A stretch of 40,505 nucleotides of DNA from Candidatus Kaiserbacteria bacterium RIFCSPHIGHO2_02_FULL_49_16 (GCA_001781465.1 MFLD01000031.1:1-40505), one strand, 5' to 3'; positions 27,797 through 36,135 are shown, counted from the stretch's first letter. A program made the numbers and translations. The notes: generated by a model not told the origin, from the letters alone.

Positions 27797-29776
27797 ATGA
27801 GTAACAAACTTGGCGCTTTCGGGGTATTCGCCGGGACTCTGCTCCTTGCCGGCGTCGCCTTCGCGCAGGAAAGCACTATTACTTTCCCTGTTCCAGAGCT
27901 CGGCAATTGTACGACCAAAGAGCAGTGCAAAACCTATTGCGACAACCCGACAAATCACGATTCTTGCATCGCGTTTGCGGAATCGCACGGACTGATGAGC
28001 AAAGAAGAAGTGAGAATCGCGCGCGCGGTCGGGACAGAGAAAGGACCCGGCGGATGCGTTGGACTCCAATGTAAAACATATTGCGACGATGAGAAAAATA
28101 TCGATGAGTGTTTAAGTTTCGCCAAAGAGCATAACCTTATTCCCGAAAACGAGATGGCGGTCGCGCGCGAAGTTCGAACGAAAGGGGGCCCCGGCGGATG
28201 CAGAAGCGAGAGAGAGTGCCGCGCGTACTGCGATGGCGACGGTCGGTTTGAAGAATGCATCTCGTTCGCCGAAAAACACAATCTCATACCGAAGGAGGAG
28301 CTGGAGCGCGCGAGAAAAGTCGGCGACAAGCCGGGGCCGGGAGGGTGCAGGCGAGAGGCCTGTAAGACATATTGCGAAACTCCGGGCCACATGGACGAGT
28401 GCGTTGCTTTCGCCGTGGAAAACGGATTCATGACGAAGGAGGAGGCCGAGATGGCTCGGAAAATGGGGGACAAGACAGGGCCGGGAGGGTGTCGCGGAGA
28501 AGCTTGCCGGACATATTGCGACGACCCTGCTCACGGCGAGGAATGCTTCAAGTTTGCCGAAGAGAATGGATTGATGAAACCCGAGGAAATCGAGCGCGCG
28601 AGAAAATTTATGAATAAACCCGGTCCCGGAGGATGCAAGGGTGAGGCGTGCAGGACATACTGCGAAGACCCTGCGCACGGAGATGAGTGCGTTGCCTTCG
28701 CGGTTGAGAACGGGTTTATGACCAAAGAGGAAGCCGACCGCGCGAAAAACTTCCATTCAAAAACCGGACCGGGCGGGTGCCGGGGAGAAGAATGTAAAAA
28801 TTACTGCGACAATGGGGCGCACTCGGATGAGTGTACGGCTTTTGCCGTCGAAAACGGATTCATGAGCAAAGAGGATGCCGAGCGCTCGAAAGAATTCAGG
28901 AATATGACCGGGCCGGGCGGATGCAAAGGTGAAGAATGTAAAACATTCTGCGACGACCCTGCGCACCGAGAGGAGTGCATGAAATTCGGCGAGGAGCACG
29001 GATTTGGTGGAGACCGCGGCCGGCAAGGGCCGCCGCCCGGCTCTGACGGCAGGAGAGGAGAAATGACCGGACCGGGCGGATGCAAATCCCCCGAGGAATG
29101 CAAAACCATGTGCGAATCTAACCCCGAAGCATGCCGTGGATTTGGCCCGTCTATAGGCGATTGGGTACAATCGGATGCCAGACTCATCGGCCCGCCATCA
29201 CAGGACGGAAGAGAGTTCGGCCAGGAGCGTGCTATGGAACGAAGAGGTTTCGAAATTCCTCCGGGACATATGCCTTGCCAATCCGAGGAAGAATGCAAGA
29301 AGGCATTCGAAAATAATCCAAACGCGTTTGGGGAACAACAAAGGGGAGAATTTGACCGGGGGCGGGAAACGGAATCGCGCCCGCCCGAAGGCGGGCGACT
29401 GGATGGACGGCAGATGATGAGACAGGAGGATTATCGCTCCGGGGAGACGCGCCAAGCGCCACCCGAATTCCAGAAACAATATGACACGCAGTATCAGGAA
29501 CAATACCAACGAACCGGCGCATCTGCGCAGCCTGTTCCTCAAATGAGCGGTCAGACGACGAATATGACACCAGAACAACAGCAGATGTATCAGCAATACC
29601 AGCAAACAGGAACAGCGCCATCCCCGTCCGCGCAGTACGCGCCTCCAACATCGTCCGCGACACCGCCGCCTCCTCCGCCATCATCCGAGTCTTCCTCACT
29701 TCCCCCCACGTCGCAAATAAATCGCACTGGTTTCGTCGCCGCAGTTCTCAACGTGTTCGGACCAATCTTGCGCTAA
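27797..29776 (+). CDS. secreted Cys-rich tandem-repeat protein
   Basis: Signal peptide (AFA/QE); eight ~48-aa repeats GPGGC-x4/5-C-xx-YC-x8-C-xx-FA plus partial copies; Q/P-rich tail. Confidence 0.85.
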   Translation: MSNKLGAFGVFAGTLLLAGVAFAQESTITFPVPELGNCTTKEQCKTYCDNPTNHDSCIAFAESHGLMSKEEVRIARAVGTEKGPGGCVGLQCKTYCDDEKNIDECLSFAKEHNLIPENEMAVAREVRTKGGPGGCRSERECRAYCDGDGRFEECISFAEKHNLIPKEELERARKVGDKPGPGGCRREACKTYCETPGHMDECVAFAVENGFMTKEEAEMARKMGDKTGPGGCRGEACRTYCDDPAHGEECFKFAEENGLMKPEEIERARKFMNKPGPGGCKGEACRTYCEDPAHGDECVAFAVENGFMTKEEADRAKNFHSKTGPGGCRGEECKNYCDNGAHSDECTAFAVENGFMSKEDAERSKEFRNMTGPGGCKGEECKTFCDDPAHREECMKFGEEHGFGGDRGRQGPPPGSDGRRGEMTGPGGCKSPEECKTMCESNPEACRGFGPSIGDWVQSDARLIGPPSQDGREFGQERAMERRGFEIPPGHMPCQSEEECKKAFENNPNAFGEQQRGEFDRGRETESRPPEGGRLDGRQMMRQEDYRSGETRQAPPEFQKQYDTQYQEQYQRTGASAQPVPQMSGQTTNMTPEQQQMYQQYQQTGTAPSPSAQYAPPTSSATPPPPPPSSESSSLPPTSQINRTGFVAAVLNVFGPILR

Positions 29777-29821
29777 TTCTTGCGCGTCTCGCTTCTGGCC
29801 CAAGGCCCTATTTCCTAATTG

Positions 29822-29894
29822 AGCCGCCTCCCAGACTCGAACTGGGGACCTTCACTTTACAAAAGTGTTGCTCTACCAACTGAGCTAAGGCGGC
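29822..29894 (-). tRNA. tRNA-Thr (UGU)
   Basis: GCCGCCT TAGCTCAGTTGGTAGAGC A ACACT TT TGT AA AGTGA AGGTC CCCAG TTCGAGT CTGGG AGGCGGC T; CCA is not encoded. Confidence 0.96.
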
Positions 29895-29903
29895 GTAAGC
29901 GTA

Positions 29904-30347
29904 CTATAACTGAAGCGTTGCGTCGTCGCCACTTGAACCGCTGTTCTGGCCACTGCTAGCGCCAGAACTGCCGTTGTTTTTCGCGTGCTCGCTCACCTGC
30001 TTCAAGAATTCCGAGCGTGTTTCCCCTTTCTTGAAGTGATGCTTATGGGAAACGAAATCCGCGAGGCGATGCGCTTGCGATTCAAGAAAGCGCGCGAAGC
30101 GCGCCGCCCCAAGCGCGGCTTCATGTACCGCGACGCGCAACAAATGCATGAAAACTCCCGGAAGTTTGGACATTTCCGCGCGCTTACGAAGAAGCAATGA
30201 TTTGAGTTGTATTGCGTGTTCATCGGCTTTTTCTCGCAACTCCTGAGGAAGGACCATCTTTTGGTGCTGATCCTCGAGATGCTTAGCGACAAACAATCCG
30301 ATGATGCCCAGGAGCGAGATAAAGAAGATAATGGATGTGAAAATCAT
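29904..30347 (-). CDS. hypothetical protein with N-terminal TM
   Basis: 147-aa ORF co-oriented downstream of tsf. Confidence 0.7.
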   Translation of the reverse strand: MIFTSIIFFISLLGIIGLFVAKHLEDQHQKMVLPQELREKADEHAIQLKSLLLRKRAEMSKLPGVFMHLLRVAVHEAALGAARFARFLESQAHRLADFVSHKHHFKKGETRSEFLKQVSEHAKNNGSSGASSGQNSGSSGDDATLQL

Positions 30348-30356
30348 AGCGATACG

Positions 30357-30426
30357 TTTACAGTTGACAGTGAACAGTTAACAGCAAGAAACTACCCGAA
30401 TTCTCTGTAATCTGTAAACTGTAAAC
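30357..30426. repeat. inverted heptamer-repeat hairpin
   Basis: (NNNACAG)x4 facing (CTGTAAN)x3. Confidence 0.75.
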
Positions 30427-30436
30427 TTCATATCTT

Positions 30437-31021
30437 TTATTTCACCGACAATCTCTCAAAACGCACGACCTCTATCTTCTCACCGAATTTTTGTATCGCC
30501 GAATCTATGAGCCCGCGAATCGTTATCGTCGGGTCTTTCACATACGGCTGTTCCAGAAGTATGCGCTCTTTGAGGTAGCTTTCAATCTTTCCCTCAACAG
30601 CGCGCACGCGCGCGGCCTCGGGAATATTCGCGGCTTCTTTCTCAAACACTTCAATAGCCGCCCGTTTGTCCGCATCCTTCACATCCGCGTGGGACTTGAA
30701 TTGCGGATTCATCGCCGCGATGTGCATCGCTATTCCGTACGCGAGTTTCGCGAATTCCTCGTTCTTCGCGACGAAGTCAGTTTCGCATGCGAGAACCACC
30801 GCTCCCACGACGCTTCCCCCCGCGTGCGTATAGGCGGAGGCAATTCCCGCGCCGAGCGCGCGGTCGGATTTTTTGGATGCTATCGAGGAACTTTGTTTGC
30901 GAAGAATAATCTTCGCCTTCTCCTTATCTCCATCTGCCTCTTGTAATGCCTTTTTGCACTGCATGACCGAAACTCCGGTTTCATCCCTTAATGCTTTTAT
31001 CAATTCAGTGGTGATTTCCAT
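30437..31021 (-). CDS. tsf: elongation factor Ts (short form)
   Basis: IKALRDETG...CKKAL, CETDFVA, MHIAAMNP, LLEQ; 194 aa. Confidence 0.97.
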   Translation of the reverse strand: MEITTELIKALRDETGVSVMQCKKALQEADGDKEKAKIILRKQSSSIASKKSDRALGAGIASAYTHAGGSVVGAVVLACETDFVAKNEEFAKLAYGIAMHIAAMNPQFKSHADVKDADKRAAIEVFEKEAANIPEAARVRAVEGKIESYLKERILLEQPYVKDPTITIRGLIDSAIQKFGEKIEVVRFERLSVK

Positions 31022-31062
31022 ACACGCACCAATCTACAAATGACTACAAATGTAAACTGTTC

Positions 31063-31857
31063 CTATTTGTAGGTATTCGTAGTATTCGTATCATTCGCAG
31101 ATTGGGACTTTGTCTTTCCTTTCTCGTATGCTTCCGCGATCGCATTCGCGACAAGTCGTATGCTTCGCACCGATGTATCGTTCGCGGGCACCGGATACTG
31201 CACTTGGGAAAAGTCGCAGTCGGAGCTGGAAAGGCCGATGACGGGAATGCCGAGCTGGTTCGCCTCGCGCACCGCTGTTTCCTCGCGCTTCGTGTCAACG
31301 ATGAAAAGCGCCGCCGGAAGTTCAAGCATCTTCACCAATCCGCCGAAGCGCGCGAGAAGCTCTGTGATTTCCCGGTCAATTAGCAGACGCTCTTTTTTCG
31401 TGTACTTCTCAAGCTCGCCCGAGTCGCGCTCGCTCATGTGCTTTTCCAATCGGTCAATGCGCTTGCGGATATTCTTAAAATTCGTGAGCGTGCCTCCTAT
31501 CCAGCGCCCGGCAACATAAGGTTCTCCTATGCGCGTGGCGACTTCTTTAACAATATCAACCGCTTCGTTCTTTCCGCCGACGAAGAGAAGCTGACGCGCA
31601 CCGCTCGCCTTTGCGCCTGTCTGCGGAGCCACAACGGCAGGAGTGTTTCCAGCGATAGAGCCCGCGAACGCGCATGCCGCTTCAAGCCGTCTCTGCGTTT
31701 CCTCAAGGTCAAAAATGTCGTTGCGGTCTTTGGTGCCAAAAATAAATGGCGAGGCCGTCGGATGGCGCCGCGTGCGCGAATAGCCAAAGTGCGCCCCCGC
31801 GTCAAATAGCGTTTTAATGTCTTGTGTTCCTGCCGTCACCCCATTAGAAGTTATCAT
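31063..31857 (-). CDS. rpsB: 30S ribosomal protein S2
   Basis: AGAHFG, RWIGGTLTNF, LFIVD, AVREA, PAND. Start uncertain (31857 or 31896); both candidates lie inside the MITE-like element. Confidence 0.96.
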   Translation of the reverse strand: MITSNGVTAGTQDIKTLFDAGAHFGYSRTRRHPTASPFIFGTKDRNDIFDLEETQRRLEAACAFAGSIAGNTPAVVAPQTGAKASGARQLLFVGGKNEAVDIVKEVATRIGEPYVAGRWIGGTLTNFKNIRKRIDRLEKHMSERDSGELEKYTKKERLLIDREITELLARFGGLVKMLELPAALFIVDTKREETAVREANQLGIPVIGLSSSDCDFSQVQYPVPANDTSVRSIRLVANAIAEAYEKGKTKSQSANDTNTTNTYK

Positions 31858-31938
31858 GTTCGTGTATGTTATTTTCTTTGATTCTATAAGCACCACCTCG
31901 TCGCGCTAAAATCGCGTGTTTGCTGAACTTCAAACGGG
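31840..31938. mobile_element. degenerate MITE-like element over the rpsB start
   Basis: CCCATTAGAAGTT ... AACTTCAAACGGG. Confidence 0.6.
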
Positions 31939-32041
31939 GCAGGTGTCGCGGGAGTGTATCAAGAAAGCGATGATTTTGCAACCAAAATTGGAAAGGTGCG
32001 CTACTACGAGTTCGCGCACCTTTTTTCCAGAACTGCCGACA

Positions 32042-32302
32042 TCAAGCAGTCTGGACCGAAACGGGGTTCTGTTCTTCGGGTTGGTCGGTTGCCGTGCCGA
32101 CCACCTTCCAGAAACACTGATAGCCCGTCCGTAGTTCGAGAAAATAACGGGTGTTTCCTTCCCGTGTTTCCTCCTCGATTTTTCGCATTTTCCAGCCTTC
32201 CAGTGGGCCGTACACGCCCACGATGGAAAACTCTCTCTCCGACCCCGAGAACTGCCGGCCCAGCTCGAGTAGCTATGAGCCGCTCTCCAGTTGCGTAATC
32301 AT
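32042..32302 (-). pseudogene. 86-codon ORF with strong SD and in-frame TAG at codon 10
   Basis: AGAAGGAGGA-5 nt-ATG; MITQLESGS*LLELGRQFSG...VSVQTA*; TAG at 32273-32275. Confidence 0.45.
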
Positions 32303-32445
32303 CTATATCCTCCTTCTATGTGCGGAGAGCAAAGTAACCGTCGCAGTGACAGCCCTCGCTTTCCAGATGCAAACATACAGGGAAGTAAAAAAATCAACTC
32401 TCGGCTTGTGTAGTACATAAAGGCAGTCAGACTGCCCTTGTCCCC

Positions 32446-32470
32446 AAATTGGACATCGGATGTCCAATTT
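32446..32470. repeat. 25-bp palindrome, identical copy at 37820-37844
   Basis: AAATTGGACATC-G-GATGTCCAATTT. Confidence 0.9.
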
Positions 32471-32477
32471 GTTATCG

Positions 32478-32584
32478 CTTAGGTTGGATAGGTCGAACGG
32501 CTCATTTCCGCCTTAAATGAGCCGTTTGGACTTTTAATCTCGAGCAGTTTTCGTGTTTGACAGGTTGCTGGGGGGGGTAGGATT
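32478..32584 (+). repeat. ~107-bp hairpin/promoter module, copy 1
   Basis: Near-identical to 33864-33969; hairpin plus TTGACA...G8-TAGGAT. Confidence 0.95.
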
Positions 32585-32613
32585 AGGGTATTAGAAATAA
32601 CCTCTCACCCTTT

Positions 32614-33057
32614 ATGGCGTTTGGAGCATTTCGTGGAATGAAGCAGAAACTCTTAAGAGATAACCCAGTGGTTAGAAAATTGGAACAAAATCCAGCCAGT
32701 GAGGCCGGTTTTAGTTATGATAAATTACTTGGTGAAATAAACGGTATTCCTGATGTGGGGGAAGGTACTAATCCTCAATACGCACCTATGAAAAAGTTAA
32801 AGGCATTGAGAGGTTTCATTTCTAGTTTCAAAGACCGAAAAGAAAGGAGTGATCTTGAGTTGGCTTTTGATAATCGTGCATCGAGGTTTTTTGAGAAGCA
32901 AATTAATGTGCCTACTTCTTCCGGCCCCCAGGGGCTTGAACGTGGCCGCTGGCTCGAAGCACGACTAGGGGGATTTGAAAGGGTTGTAGGTGCATTTCCT
33001 TTTTTCCGCGAGACCACCAGAGAAGACTTGTTAAAAAAGGCAAGGGGTCACGAGTAA
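32614..33057 (+). CDS. hypothetical protein
   Basis: 147-aa ORF directly downstream of module copy 1; no recognisable motif. Confidence 0.65.
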   Translation: MAFGAFRGMKQKLLRDNPVVRKLEQNPASEAGFSYDKLLGEINGIPDVGEGTNPQYAPMKKLKALRGFISSFKDRKERSDLELAFDNRASRFFEKQINVPTSSGPQGLERGRWLEARLGGFERVVGAFPFFRETTREDLLKKARGHE

Positions 33058-33113
33058 CGAGCGAATTTCTTGAAAATTCCAAGGGTAGTTCTTGGAGTGG
33101 CGCTACGCAGGCA

Positions 33114-33150
33114 TATTTGTAATGATTTGTGATGGCCATAACCTCTGCCT
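33114..33150 (-). pseudogene. 3' remnant of a RelE-like toxin gene paralogous to 34771..35019
   Basis: Translates AEVMAITNHYK versus VEVIDINNHYK*; the adjacent DNA also aligns. Confidence 0.6.
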
Positions 33151-33210
33151 CTAGAACCTCCGAACCTCCGGACAAAGATGGGTACAAAAGAACTGGGCTC
33201 GTACAGACGG

Positions 33211-33238
33211 TTGCGCAATTTTGTACATTTTGTACAAT
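33211..33238 (+). promoter_or_regulatory. TA promoter with tandem TGTACA operator sites
   Basis: TTGCGC-16-TACAAT, 6 nt before ATG 33245; TTTTGTACA occurs twice. Confidence 0.75.
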
Positions 33239-33244
33239 GCATAA

Positions 33245-33496
33245 ATGAAGATTCTGACAACGACCAGCGCGCGCAAGCGCATCGGAGACATCGTTGACCG
33301 CGCAAAATACCGCGGCGAAGTTTTTGGAATCGGCAGGCGCGACTCGATTGACGCAGTGCTCATTGGATTCCCCAGATTCTATAATGCGGCGCTTGACGAT
33401 ATCACGAATGTGAATGTATATTCCAGAAGCTTCGATTTTCTGGAGGGCGAGCCCGATATCTATTCCGCTTCCGATTTGAAGAAGCGCTATGTCTAA
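33245..33496 (+). CDS. Phd/YefM-family antitoxin
   Basis: MKILTTTSARKRIGDIVDRA...GE.F.I.RR...AVL; overlaps the toxin start. C-terminal FDFLEGEPDIYS. Confidence 0.8.
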   Translation: MKILTTTSARKRIGDIVDRAKYRGEVFGIGRRDSIDAVLIGFPRFYNAALDDITNVNVYSRSFDFLEGEPDIYSASDLKKRYV

Positions 33497-33809
33497 AGGA
33501 CGCATTGTCCTCATCCCGTTCCCCTTCACCGACCTCTCGGGCCAGAAAGTGCGTCCAGCTCTCATACTGCACGCCTCGCGCGGCGATGATTGCATAGTCG
33601 CATTCATATCTTCGCGCATTGAAAAGAGAAATCCGTTCGATGTTCGCATATCTGCGTCAGAGGCGAACGGTCTAAAAACAGAATCGGTCGTAAAGGTCGA
33701 TAAGCTCGCGACACTGCAAAAGAAAATCGTTATCGGCGAGCTCGGCGTCGCGGAACAGACGGTGCGCCGCGCCGTTGATGCGGCACTGCGGAAATTATTC
33801 CGCATATGA
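33489..33809 (+). CDS. PemK/MazF-family toxin
   Basis: GRIVLIPFPFTDLSGQKVRPALIL...NGLKTESVVKVDKLATL. Confidence 0.92.
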   Translation: MSKGRIVLIPFPFTDLSGQKVRPALILHASRGDDCIVAFISSRIEKRNPFDVRISASEANGLKTESVVKVDKLATLQKKIVIGELGVAEQTVRRAVDAALRKLFRI

Positions 33810-33863
33810 GGTTTAACCTCCGGAAATTGTGCACATGCCAAAGCATTTTTCATGCGGGGCTCA

Positions 33864-33969
33864 CTTAGGTTGGATAGGTCGAACGGCTCATTTAAGGCGG
33901 AAATGAGCCGTTCGGACTTTTAACCTCGAGCAGTTTTCGCGTTTGACAGGTTTCTGGGGGGGTAGGATT
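33864..33969 (+). repeat. ~106-bp hairpin/promoter module, copy 2
   Basis: Copy of 32478-32584 with an inverted 7-nt loop, 4 substitutions and G7 instead of G8. Confidence 0.95.
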
Positions 33970-33974
33970 TGGCT

Positions 33975-34697
33975 ATGGAAGGATTCAAGTCCCCTTTGCA
34001 CGACGAACATGTGCAGGAACGGAATCGGTATTTAAAAGGGAAAGAAGTGGAAATGGCGGAAGCAACCCTCCAACGACAAGAGCTCGATGCGCAAATAAGA
34101 CAAAGGGAAGTAACTGCGTGGGATACGCTTGGCGCCGAAGACTTAAGACGCGGGATAATTTCTGGCATACAGAAAAAGGACGCTAATGGAATAGTCCGCG
34201 CCCTGGTTGGCTATGTCATTAAAGGGAAAGAATTATTTGACAGGCAAAATTGGAAGGGACCTATTGGCACAGGTGATATGCATCGACAGACACGAGATAT
34301 CATATTTGGCGGAGACGGCAGTATAGGTATTAGTAGCGCTCTCAAAAATGCAATTCCAGATGTTGAGGCCAAACAAAGAATAATTTCAGAAATAGAAACG
34401 GAATTCGAACGATTTGCCAATGAATTAATTAGAAACCAGTTGTCAGAGGTACAAAAACAAGCGCATAATGATGGGAGAAGCAGGGCAGAGGGATACATAC
34501 GCACTATAAGCCAGAGCAAAGAACCAACGGCGCTAGATAATCTAGAAAAAGAAGTTAGCAGGGCAGAAGCTTTGCAGTCATGGATGGGTATACACGAACA
34601 CCACTCTAGAAAACTGGGGGAGGCATTCTATGGCGGTAGTTACGGTGAATTTACGAGGAAACTTCAAGCGGCTTTTGCGGGCAGCGGCCCAACATAG
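33975..34697 (+). CDS. hypothetical helical protein
   Basis: Long ORF; ATG 33975 lies 6 nt after TAGGAT; no recognisable motif. Confidence 0.7.
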   Translation: MEGFKSPLHDEHVQERNRYLKGKEVEMAEATLQRQELDAQIRQREVTAWDTLGAEDLRRGIISGIQKKDANGIVRALVGYVIKGKELFDRQNWKGPIGTGDMHRQTRDIIFGGDGSIGISSALKNAIPDVEAKQRIISEIETEFERFANELIRNQLSEVQKQAHNDGRSRAEGYIRTISQSKEPTALDNLEKEVSRAEALQSWMGIHEHHSRKLGEAFYGGSYGEFTRKLQAAFAGSGPT

Positions 34698-34770
34698 AAA
34701 GATTGGAAACTCTGGAGATTTAACTTTGAATGCGCTCCACGGGTAGTCCTTGGAATAACACCAGGCAGGT

Positions 34771-35019
34771 CTATTTGTAGTGATTATTTATGTCGATGAC
34801 CTCGACTGTGTCGCGGTTAGTGTAACTAAAAATCGCGCGATACTTTTTGTCTATCCGAAAACTGAAAATCCGAAGATGCTTCGGCTCCAACAACTCGACA
34901 TTTAGACTAGGATGAAAGAGGTTGTGCTCGAAGAGTTTCTTTTGTTTGTTGAATTTTGCGCTAAGATTGCGTCTCTTTAGATACTCTTCGAGTTCGCGAT
35001 GAAGAGCAAGTATGCGCAT
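34771..35019 (-). CDS. RelE/HigB/YoeB-superfamily toxin
   Basis: FHPSL..E.L.....FSFRIDKKYRAIF...VEVIDINNHY. Confidence 0.85.
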   Translation of the reverse strand: MRILALHRELEEYLKRRNLSAKFNKQKKLFEHNLFHPSLNVELLEPKHLRIFSFRIDKKYRAIFSYTNRDTVEVIDINNHYK

Positions 35020-35022
35020 GCG

Positions 35023-35250
35023 TCAGTGGTTCTTGAAATACGAGGATCGACGAAGTCCCTTTTCTATGCTTTTGAGAAATGCCGCGGAGTAGAGCTTAGT
35101 GCCCCGAAACTCTCGCAAGATTTCTTTTATATCGCGTGTTGGCGGTGGACTGAAAATATCTTCACGCGCGGCAGAGACAATCCGCTCATAAGCTGTAGCT
35201 CGACGCCGTAAGGCCTCGTATTGTGTTTTGCTGATGGTCACTGTACTCAT
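35023..35250 (-). CDS. putative antitoxin
   Basis: 75-aa ORF 3 nt upstream of the toxin; MSTVTISKTQYEAL N-terminus. Confidence 0.7.
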   Translation of the reverse strand: MSTVTISKTQYEALRRRATAYERIVSAAREDIFSPPPTRDIKEILREFRGTKLYSAAFLKSIEKGLRRSSYFKNH

Positions 35251-35297
35251 ACATGCGCAATAATAACATATCCGGCAAATTGTGATACAATCTCGCC

Positions 35298-35906
35298 ATG
35301 AATGCTCACCACAAAAAAGAACGAACGCTTGTTATCATCAAGCCCGATGGAATTCAGCGCTCGCTCATCGGCGAGATAGTCTTGCGATACGAACGACTGG
35401 GCTTGAAACTTGTCGGCCTCAAAATGACCGTGCCTACCGTGGAGCAGATAGAAGGACACTATACTCTTGACCCGAACTGGAGGCGCGTGACTGGAGAAAA
35501 AACGATAAAAAGTTATCGCGACAAGGGCCTGAAGCCGCCGTCCGAAGACCCGCTTGCAATTACCGCGGTTATTCTCAAAAATCTCAAAAAGTACATGACC
35601 GCGGGGCCCGTTATCTGCATGGTGTGGGAAGGGGCGCACGCGGTGGAGTTGGTTCGCAAAGTGACAGGCGGCACCGAACCGCGCTCGGCGCAAGTCGGAA
35701 CAATTCGCGGAGATTTTGTCGTGGATTCATACATAATGTCCGACCAAGATGACAGGGCTGTCCGCAATTTGATTCACGCCTCCGGTTCTGTTCCTGAGGC
35801 GGAAATGGAAATCCCCCACTGGTTCAAGAAAGACGAGCTGATTGATTATAAAGTGACGCACGAAGATATCATCTACGGAAAAGAATTGGAGGGTATTTTG
35901 CCCTAG
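35298..35906 (+). CDS. ndk: nucleoside diphosphate kinase
   Basis: ERTLVIIKPDG, GTIRGDF, RNLIHASGS; extended -10 TGaTACAAT lies 6 nt before the ATG. Confidence 0.96.
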   Translation: MNAHHKKERTLVIIKPDGIQRSLIGEIVLRYERLGLKLVGLKMTVPTVEQIEGHYTLDPNWRRVTGEKTIKSYRDKGLKPPSEDPLAITAVILKNLKKYMTAGPVICMVWEGAHAVELVRKVTGGTEPRSAQVGTIRGDFVVDSYIMSDQDDRAVRNLIHASGSVPEAEMEIPHWFKKDELIDYKVTHEDIIYGKELEGILP

Positions 35907-35944
35907 TAAGAACTCGAAAGGTTTCGCGCACTGTCCACAGTTGC

Positions 35945-36135
35945 GTCCCTGAATGTCAGGTCTATAATTCAGGTAGCGACAGGTATAACACCTGCTGGTA
36001 AAACTTAGGGAGCTCGAATCGCTTTAGACTCCGGTCTGAATGCTGAGGGCACCCACCTGGTAACACCCAGGCTTGCCGTGCCTGCCGCGCCTTGCCGCCC
36101 CGCCCTTGCGGGGCGTTATGGCATCCGGATAGGCA
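35945..36135 (+). ncRNA. ssrS: probable 6S RNA (core 35970-36085)
   Basis: GGGAGCTC...GAGGGCACCCACCTG matches the Firmicutes-type 6S central motifs. Rod fold with closing stem CAGGTA/TGCCTG, apical TTAGAC/GTCTGA and a 3'-bubble hairpin CCTGG/CCAGG. Confidence 0.7.

Noticed and set aside
27900..29130. Regularly spaced DNA repeats resembling a CRISPR array
   Set aside because: The period is ~144 bp, the repeats are degenerate at third codon positions and lie inside one ORF: a protein repeat. No cas genes are present.
6952..32275. Genome-wide TAG reassignment suggested by two in-frame TAGs
   Set aside because: TAG ends conserved genes at their expected C-termini (trmD, pheS, ndk).
32912..33853. 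313-aa minus-strand ORF
   Set aside because: Antisense shadow of the Phd-MazF pair; only the EVMAITNHYK stretch is meaningful, as a toxin remnant.
550..35940. DnaA-box-like words (near 551, 2160, 25762, 26814, 35932) as oriC
   Set aside because: They are isolated, imperfect and scattered, with no cluster, unwinding element or dnaA/dnaN nearby.
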